Source: Deltaproteobacteria bacterium (GTDB taxonomy: Bacteria > Desulfobacterota_D > UBA1144 > Nemesobacterales > CSP1-2). Taken from it: a DNA stretch of 64,000 nucleotides. How positions within the stretch are numbered: position 1 is the stretch's first letter; every line of letters starts with the position of its first letter. The notes below the pieces were generated by a model that made no database searches, was not told the origin of the DNA, and saw nothing but the letters and a program-made list of their open reading frames with translations. Both the position numbers and the translations under genes were made by a program. Shown here piece by piece: positions 57,489-64,000 of this stretch. The stretch is from positions 509,722 through 573,721 of the forward strand of contig JBQTHB010000002.1 of NCBI GenBank assembly GCA_052390235.1. Reading direction: 5' to 3'.

Positions 57489-58476
57489 CCTCGGATACGA
57501 TATTCCTACATTTAACCTGCTGTATATCTCATCCACCATATATTCCGGCTCCACGCTCCTGTCGTTCGTATTAGGGGCGCACCCAGAAATAGCCACTGTA
57601 GGCGAGCCGCCTCTTGGGATACACATCAAAAAATTCGTTACCGACGAGTACCAATGCTCATGCGGCAATTTCATACGGGAGTGCCTGTTTTGGAGGCGTG
57701 TAACGGAGGATATGCGCAGAAAGGGGTTTGATTTCGACGTAGCTAATTTTGACCTCGATTTTGAGATGGCAAGGAGCAATCAAACCCTAAATCGCCTTCT
57801 CGCAGGCTCGCTTGGGAGCAATTTTATCGAGCAGACCCGCGATTACGTGCTTTCGTCCGTAATCCCCTCGTTCGGGAATAAGCTCAAAGCCCAGTGTGAG
57901 AAAAACCGCGCTTTTGTGGAATCTGTGCTTAAGGTTACCGGCAGAAAGTGCTTTGTTGACGCGAGTAAAGAGCCGCTTAGAATTAGATATTTGGCGAAAG
58001 TCCCCAGTATTAATCTTAAAGTGATTCATCTAATCCGCGATGGAAGGGCTTTTGTCAATTCATTTTTAAATAAAGAAGCCACTTCTCACGGGGGCAGAGA
58101 TAAAATGAGCAGAGAAGCGGTTGTCAAGGGCGCCGAGTACGCCTCTGTCTATTGGATGAAGACCTACGCCACAACCACGCGCCTCGCCGGGCTTCTGCCG
58201 CAAGATAATTACTTTAGGCTAATTTATGAAAATCTCTGCGCGGATACCGACGCCGTCTTGATGAAACTCTTCAAATTCGCGGGCGTTGACCCAGAGTTTA
58301 AGCTCAGCCAATACCGCTCGAACGACCATCACATCATCGGCAACGTGATGCGGCTTGACAGCGGCAATTCTGAGATAAAACTAGATACTAAGTGGCGCAC
58401 TCAACTGGGGGAAACCGAGCGCGGGGTTTTTGAGAGCATCGCCGGAAGACTCAACAGAGAACTGGGCTACGAGTAA
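57457..58476 (+). CDS. Second PAPS-dependent sulfotransferase
   Basis: YSGSTLL..VLG.HP...VGE, CSCG...EC.FW, VDASK, HLIRDGR, YENL, H.I.GN.MR. Confidence 0.85.
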   Translation: MGKNSDYSRSNLGYDIPTFNLLYISSTIYSGSTLLSFVLGAHPEIATVGEPPLGIHIKKFVTDEYQCSCGNFIRECLFWRRVTEDMRRKGFDFDVANFDLDFEMARSNQTLNRLLAGSLGSNFIEQTRDYVLSSVIPSFGNKLKAQCEKNRAFVESVLKVTGRKCFVDASKEPLRIRYLAKVPSINLKVIHLIRDGRAFVNSFLNKEATSHGGRDKMSREAVVKGAEYASVYWMKTYATTTRLAGLLPQDNYFRLIYENLCADTDAVLMKLFKFAGVDPEFKLSQYRSNDHHIIGNVMRLDSGNSEIKLDTKWRTQLGETERGVFESIAGRLNRELGYE

Positions 58477-58489
58477 GTAGCATCGCCAA

Positions 58490-60208
58490 TTGAAATTCAG
58501 GAGGGAATCGGCAGTAACTATGAACGGGATACTCTTGTACCTAGCCCTTGCGATGATGATGATTGGCTCTGCCGCCGCTAAATCCGTCCAGCCGGGCGAC
58601 GGTCATCATCATCACGATAAAGCTCTGATGTCCCCGCCGGCTTCGGACATTATGAGCGTTTCCGGGGGCGACTGGTCTAATGCCAAAATCTGGAGCGCCG
58701 GCAGAGTTCCGAAATCAGGCGAGGCCGTCCTGATTTCCAAAGGCACGGTGGTAAGTTACGACATTAACTCCGAGGCAGAGCTAAAATCCGTAACCGTTCA
58801 AGGCTCGCTTGCCTTCTCGCGCGGCGCTGATACAACCCTCGATTTGGGGCGGCTCGTCGTCCATGAAGGGGGGGATCTGGAAATCGGCACGGCGGAAAAT
58901 CCCCTTCTGCCGCAATTTACAGCCCGAATTCGCCTCACCGAGGACTCGCGCTCAAGCCCGAATCTTCACTCGGATATGCAGGCGGTGGAGGAGGGAGGGC
59001 TTATAGTGATGGGAAGAGCCGAGATTCACGGCTCGCCCAAGTCGCCCGCATTCGCCGCTCTAGCAAGAACTGCTCTTCCCGGCGATAGGACAATTGAACT
59101 TACCCAAGCCCCCAGTGGATGGCGCGCCGGGGATGAGATTGTTCTAACCGGGGATTTTGACCAATCTGAGACTGCGCGAATAAAATCCATCAGCGCAGGG
59201 AAAATTGAACTAGCAGGGGCGCTCAAATTTGAACATCCGGTAATTATCTACAAGTCCAGCGACGGGAAAACCCTCGAATTTCGCTCGCACGCCGGGAATC
59301 TCAGCCGGAATATCAAAATCATGAGCAAGCGCCCGGACAAAGCGCGCGGACACACTATGCTCATGGGCAGGGGCGCGTGGCGAATCTCTTATGTTGAGTA
59401 TCGAAACCTCGGAGGGTTTGCGAGACCTTTCCCCGAAAAAACCCTGCTTCAGCCGCTTCTTGGGCGCTATCCAATTCACTTTCATCAGCTTGGGACGGCA
59501 TCTTCGGACACGCTCTACGTCAGGGGAGCGTCAATTGTCGGCACGGAAAATCACGCCCTTAGGATTCACGGCACAGACCGCGTTATCATTGAGGACACCA
59601 TAGCTTATGACACGCTTGGACATTCTTTCGATATTGGCGAAGACGGCTCGGAGATGGAAAACGTCATACGCCGCAATCTCGCGGTAAAAGCCCGAAGCGC
59701 TTGGAATTTGGCTTCTACCCCAGAGAAACCGAGGGCTACTTTCTTCGAGCAGAATACCGACGCCGCTGGGTTTTGGTTTGGCAACATGGGGCAGATAGTA
59801 GAAAACAACATATCGAGCGACACGAAGCGGGGTTTTGGGATGTATAAAATCCGCCCGACCCCCCCAAACAGGCTTATGGGCGGCAAGGTAGTCGAGCCTA
59901 ACGACATAGCATTTAAAAAATTCGCAAACAACGAGGTTTATGGAGCCAACATCGCCGCCGAATTCTACCACTTCGTCGGAACCGACGCCGGAGTTATCGA
60001 GGGGATGAAAATCTGGATGTGCAAGAGAGACTCTCGAATTAAGACCAGCGCCGCATCTAAGATAGTATGGAAGAATCCCATTGTGGCTCGGACGAGAGTC
60101 TGCTCGCTCTGCGCTGATGGAGCTGTGAAATTAGAAGGACAGACCATCGAGCAGGGCTATTTTATTGATTCGCTCCAAAAAGTTGCCGAGAGAAACAAAA
60201 GACCCTAA
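58490..60208 (+). CDS. Secreted G8-domain/beta-helix protein (CEMIP/TMEM2/fibrocystin-like)
   Basis: Signal peptide, SGGDWS...W...RVP, LEIGT.ENP, NLSRNI, RGHTM, GRYPIHFH, EDGSE, GFW. Confidence 0.85.
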   Translation: MKFRRESAVTMNGILLYLALAMMMIGSAAAKSVQPGDGHHHHDKALMSPPASDIMSVSGGDWSNAKIWSAGRVPKSGEAVLISKGTVVSYDINSEAELKSVTVQGSLAFSRGADTTLDLGRLVVHEGGDLEIGTAENPLLPQFTARIRLTEDSRSSPNLHSDMQAVEEGGLIVMGRAEIHGSPKSPAFAALARTALPGDRTIELTQAPSGWRAGDEIVLTGDFDQSETARIKSISAGKIELAGALKFEHPVIIYKSSDGKTLEFRSHAGNLSRNIKIMSKRPDKARGHTMLMGRGAWRISYVEYRNLGGFARPFPEKTLLQPLLGRYPIHFHQLGTASSDTLYVRGASIVGTENHALRIHGTDRVIIEDTIAYDTLGHSFDIGEDGSEMENVIRRNLAVKARSAWNLASTPEKPRATFFEQNTDAAGFWFGNMGQIVENNISSDTKRGFGMYKIRPTPPNRLMGGKVVEPNDIAFKKFANNEVYGANIAAEFYHFVGTDAGVIEGMKIWMCKRDSRIKTSAASKIVWKNPIVARTRVCSLCADGAVKLEGQTIEQGYFIDSLQKVAERNKRP

Positions 60209-60210
60209 TC

Positions 60211-61242
60211 ATGCCCTCCGATACAACCTACGTCCTCATCACAATTGACGCCGAGCCGAGTTCCTACAAAGGACGCCCACTGCCGATAGATAAAATGGTC
60301 TATGGCAGATTTGGCCGCGAGCAATTCGGAATATCCAAAATAATGGATTTATGCGAGAAGTACGGCTTCAGGGCTACGTTTTTCGTTGACGTATGCCCGT
60401 ATAAACACTACGGCGAAGATACGCTCAAAGAAATCTGCCTAAGCATCCACAGCCGCGGACACGACGTAGAGCTTCACACGCACCCCAATTGGACGCGCGG
60501 CAGATACTGGATGTTTGAATATACCCTAGAGGAGCAAACCGAAATTATCCGCGAGGGGCTGGATTTAATACACAAATGGATAGGATTGCGCCCCGTTGCC
60601 TACAGAGCAGGGGGATTCAGCGCGGATATGAACACCCTAGCCGCCCTAGCGCAGAATAATATTATCCTCGACAGCTCTTTTTATCCCGGATACAAGAGAT
60701 GCCCTCTCACAAGCCCTCCGATGATGATAAATTCTCTCTCTAAGCACGGAGGGGTGGTAGAGATGCCGGTTACGGTGTTTACGCCGCTAAAGGTCGGGGG
60801 CTTTGAATCTTATAGGTATATTGATGTTGATTCCTGCACATGGAGCGAGCTTAAATTCGCCATTGACGATGCCCGTAGGAATAAGATAAACCCGATAACC
60901 TTGATGCTCCACAGCTTCAGCTTCGTCAAATGGAACGCCGAGCGCACGGAATTTTCGCCGGATTACGGGGATTTAGAGCGGTTTGAGCGCGCGCTTCAAT
61001 TCCTCAAGGCATCGCCCGGAGTCGAGGTAGTTACGGCAAGGGATTTTCTCCGTATTTATGGCGGGAACCCGGAGCTTTTCCCCTCCGGGCAGACGGGTTT
61101 TATTCCCAATACGGGATTCATGAGAACTTTTGCCAGAGCGTGCCTCAGATTCGGGAGCGGCTGGAAGAACAAGGCTCTCGTTTCAGGTGCATTTCTATCC
61201 CTTGCCGTGTTGGGATACTCCCTGTGGAAGGCGGCTTTTTAG
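60211..61242 (+). CDS. Polysaccharide deacetylase-family protein with C-terminal TM
   Basis: ITIDAE, ATFFVD, ELHTHP, YRAGG, DSS, E.PVT, LHSFS. Confidence 0.82.
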   Translation: MPSDTTYVLITIDAEPSSYKGRPLPIDKMVYGRFGREQFGISKIMDLCEKYGFRATFFVDVCPYKHYGEDTLKEICLSIHSRGHDVELHTHPNWTRGRYWMFEYTLEEQTEIIREGLDLIHKWIGLRPVAYRAGGFSADMNTLAALAQNNIILDSSFYPGYKRCPLTSPPMMINSLSKHGGVVEMPVTVFTPLKVGGFESYRYIDVDSCTWSELKFAIDDARRNKINPITLMLHSFSFVKWNAERTEFSPDYGDLERFERALQFLKASPGVEVVTARDFLRIYGGNPELFPSGQTGFIPNTGFMRTFARACLRFGSGWKNKALVSGAFLSLAVLGYSLWKAAF

Positions 61243-61354
61243 CAGGTACAGCGCGTCTGAGGTCTCATTGGCAATGCAATAAGAAGAGCGGGACAATATA
61301 AAAACTTATCCCCCAGCGCGCGCCGGCGCAAATAAATAAGGAGCATTCACTGAA

Positions 61355-62623
61355 ATGAGCGTATCCCAAAGGGCGGTATCCGAATCCAAAGAGGGTTTGA
61401 GAGTGCTTCATTTTCTCAACTCCTCAATTCCCATGCTCTCCGGCTATACGATACGAAGCAAGTACATCGTGGAGACAGAAAAATCCCTCGGACTATGCCC
61501 CAGTGTCGTTACCGCGCCAAAATTCGAGCATGAATCCCCATTTGTATCCGAGATTGAAATCGAAGGAATCCGGTATTACCGCACCGGTGGCGGCGGGGCG
61601 AAGAGCGTATTTCGCCGTATGCCCTATATTAGGGAATATCTGCACATATCGGACATCGTGCAGAGGGGGGTGGAAATTGCGAGGAGCGAGCAGATAGCCG
61701 TACTCCACGCGCACTCGCCGAGTCTAAATGGTCTTGCCGCTCTTAAAGTGGGGCGGAAATTGGGAATACCAGTTCTCTATGAAATGAGGGCGCTTTGGGA
61801 AGAAGCCGGGGTTGAATCCGGCAAGCTCCATAAAAATTCTCTCCGGTACATCGCCTCGAAATTTATGGAGGAGCGGCTCTTTGCCCAGGCAGATGGCATA
61901 GTGGTTATCTCCAGCCACCTCAGAGACAATCTCATATCGCGCGGAGTGCCGGAGGGCAAAATATCAATTGTCCCCAACGGCGTGGATACGTCCAAATTTA
62001 TCCCAATGCCGGCGAAGGACGCGAAGCTAGTAAAAAAATTCAACCTGGACGGTAAAATCGTATTCGGGTACATAGGCTCATTTTTCAGGTTCGAGGGTAT
62101 CCCGTATCTCGTTCAGGCGTTCTCGCAGATTAGAAAAACGGAGAAAAACGCAGTCCTCATTCTCATTGGAAACGGAGAGGACGAGAAGACCATATCCACA
62201 ATGGTAAGAGAGATGAATTTAGGCGATTCTGTCATACTCCCCGGCAGAGTGCCGCACGACGACATCCTGCGCTATTACTCGATAATGGACGCGCTCGTCT
62301 ATCCTAGGATTCGGGTAAAGCTCACCGAAGAGGTTACTCCCCTAAAGCCTCTCGAGGCGATGTCTATGGAGAAGGCGGTTATTGGAAGCGACGTAGGGGG
62401 GATTAGGGAATTAGTCAAAGATGGAGTAACGGGACTGCTCTTCAAAGCAGACGACGTGGGGGATTTAGTGGATAAATGTCTCGACCTGATACGAAATCCC
62501 GAACGTAGAAAGAAACTGTCCATCAGCGCGCGAAGGGATATGATTGAATCCAGAGATTGGTCGAAACTCGCCTCAAGGTACACAGATATATATAAAAAAT
62601 TGGGGGCGTCCCGAAATAAATGA
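61355..62623 (+). CDS. GT4 glycosyltransferase (PEP-CTERM/XrtA-associated type)
   Basis: SIP..SGYT.R, HAHSP.LN, YEMRA.WE, IGSF..FEG, VTPLKPLEAM. Confidence 0.92.
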   Translation: MSVSQRAVSESKEGLRVLHFLNSSIPMLSGYTIRSKYIVETEKSLGLCPSVVTAPKFEHESPFVSEIEIEGIRYYRTGGGGAKSVFRRMPYIREYLHISDIVQRGVEIARSEQIAVLHAHSPSLNGLAALKVGRKLGIPVLYEMRALWEEAGVESGKLHKNSLRYIASKFMEERLFAQADGIVVISSHLRDNLISRGVPEGKISIVPNGVDTSKFIPMPAKDAKLVKKFNLDGKIVFGYIGSFFRFEGIPYLVQAFSQIRKTEKNAVLILIGNGEDEKTISTMVREMNLGDSVILPGRVPHDDILRYYSIMDALVYPRIRVKLTEEVTPLKPLEAMSMEKAVIGSDVGGIRELVKDGVTGLLFKADDVGDLVDKCLDLIRNPERRKKLSISARRDMIESRDWSKLASRYTDIYKKLGASRNK

Positions 62624-62664
62624 ATTATTATGTGCTAATTGCGTAAATTAGGGCGGGAACTACA

Positions 62665-63852
62665 ATGGGAAACACTGCGCTAGAGGTTCTTTGGTGGTTT
62701 TTTTTCCTCCTCATTTTGCACACGTATTTTATTTATCCGATAATTCTCATCTCGATTGCGTCCTTTCTGCAGACCGCAAGAGACGTATCCTATCTTTTCG
62801 GCAGGGCGGACAGGAGGAAACACAACATCGCGCCCGACGCCGCTCCGAGAGTGTCCCTCCTGATAGCCGCATACAATGAAGAGAAAATAATAGCCGAGAG
62901 GCTGCAGAACGCCCTTGCCCTCGACTACCCATCCGATAAGCTCGAAATCATAGTCGGCTCGGACGGCTGCACCGACATGACGGATGAAATCGTAAAGCGC
63001 TACGAGAGCAGAGGAATAAAACTAAGCCCGGGCACGCGCAGAACCGGCAAGTCCGGCGTCCTCAACCGTTTAGCTGAGGCGGCTTCGGGAGATATTCTCG
63101 TTTTCTCCGACGCAAACACCATGTACGCCCCAGATGCTGTATCCAAACTCGTTCGCCATTTTCAAAAACCCAAGGTCGGATGCGTATCCGGCGAGCTTAT
63201 CATCACGGCGAGAAACAGCGAGGTCGTCGAAGAGGGAATATATTGGAAATACGAGGCGATGCTCAAATTCATGGAGAGCAAAATAGACTCTACTCTCGGC
63301 GCAAACGGCGGGATTTACGCCATTCGCAAAGAGCTATACAGACCCATCCCGATAGAGACCATCACGGACGATTTTGTCATCGGCATGAGAGTCAGGGAGC
63401 AGGGCTACAGAGCCGTATTCGACCCCGAAGCCAGAGCTTATGAGGACACCGCGCCGGACTTGAAGTCGGAGATGACGAGGAGGATTAGAATTAGCGCGGG
63501 TAATTTTCAGTCCATCGCTCTTACTAAGAGTTTCCTAAATCCTCAGATGGGTTTCATTTCGTTTGCCTATTGGTCTCATAAAATAATTCGCTGGTTTGTT
63601 CCGTTTTTTCTCATCGGCGTATTTATTACCAATGCCTTACTGCTCGAAAGCCCCTATTATCAACTCCTCTTCGTGGCTCAAATTGCGATATATCTGCTGA
63701 GCCTAGCGGGATATGCTCTGGGAAAGAGAAAAAATGTGAGGATACTGAATTTCTTCTACTACTTCGTGTCCATGAACTATGCCCTGCTACTTGGCTTTGC
63801 TAGGTTCATTGCCAAAACTCAGAAAGTAACGTGGCAGAGAACCGAAAGATAG
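62665..63852 (+). CDS. Membrane GT2 glycosyltransferase
   Basis: N-terminal TM, IAAYNEE, SDG.TD, FSDAN, YWKYE, TDDF, RR.RI..G, C-terminal TMs. Confidence 0.92.
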   Translation: MGNTALEVLWWFFFLLILHTYFIYPIILISIASFLQTARDVSYLFGRADRRKHNIAPDAAPRVSLLIAAYNEEKIIAERLQNALALDYPSDKLEIIVGSDGCTDMTDEIVKRYESRGIKLSPGTRRTGKSGVLNRLAEAASGDILVFSDANTMYAPDAVSKLVRHFQKPKVGCVSGELIITARNSEVVEEGIYWKYEAMLKFMESKIDSTLGANGGIYAIRKELYRPIPIETITDDFVIGMRVREQGYRAVFDPEARAYEDTAPDLKSEMTRRIRISAGNFQSIALTKSFLNPQMGFISFAYWSHKIIRWFVPFFLIGVFITNALLLESPYYQLLFVAQIAIYLLSLAGYALGKRKNVRILNFFYYFVSMNYALLLGFARFIAKTQKVTWQRTER

Positions 63853-64000
63853 CTTGGGGGGGCGGAGATTCTGCTCCCCGCCCCGTGTATTTAGCGAGAT
63901 TACGAGCTACATCACAGAGGGCATATCCAAGAGTTCATCGGTGTATCCGCAACGCATGAGGCGTCGGGAAGCGGCAGAGCCAGAGGCACCAATGTAAAGT

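Noticed and set aside
63853..64000. GC-rich hairpin and a possible incoming minus-strand gene at the window end
   Set aside because: The stem is imperfect with no U tract, and there is too little sequence to assign a frame or product

Overview
Bacterial chromosomal window of roughly 50% GC. The gene order ftsH-folP-cdaA-cdaR-glmM-pdxJ-acpS suggests a delta-proteobacteria-like diderm lineage (inference only). Bases 1-15.7 kb are housekeeping: folC (partial), HIT, fur, acpS, pdxJ, glmM, cdaR, cdaA, folP, ftsH, cysK, PBP1A, comEA, an SDR and an FmdB-type zinc ribbon. From 15.7 kb to the end is one ~48 kb PEP-CTERM/exosortase plus Wzx/Wzy exopolysaccharide locus. It encodes an OM beta-barrel, PrsT, an ExeA-like ATPase, PrsK/PrsR, a short OPX, a priming GT, split Wzc/BY-kinase, exosortase with an EpsI-like partner and an LtaS-like enzyme. 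It also carries a sigma54-driven cassette of secreted proteins (two with PEP-CTERM tails), several GTs and an unusually rich tailoring set. The strongest leads are: (i) a GNAT-ACP-adenylation enzyme-BtrK-like decarboxylase-deacetylase-aminotransferase-ATP-grasp-methyltransferase block resembling butirosin side-chain chemistry applied to a polysaccharide; (ii) two sulfotransferases, two deacetylases, amino-uronic-acid supply and a CEMIP/TMEM2-like G8 protein, suggesting a sulfated glycosaminoglycan-like polymer; (iii) three copies of a palindrome GTGTCTAA-N4-TTAGACA(C/A) plus an IHF site and a perfect sigma54 promoter; and (iv) a GNAT gene lacking a canonical start codon. Family names come from motif recognition and recall, not from database searches.
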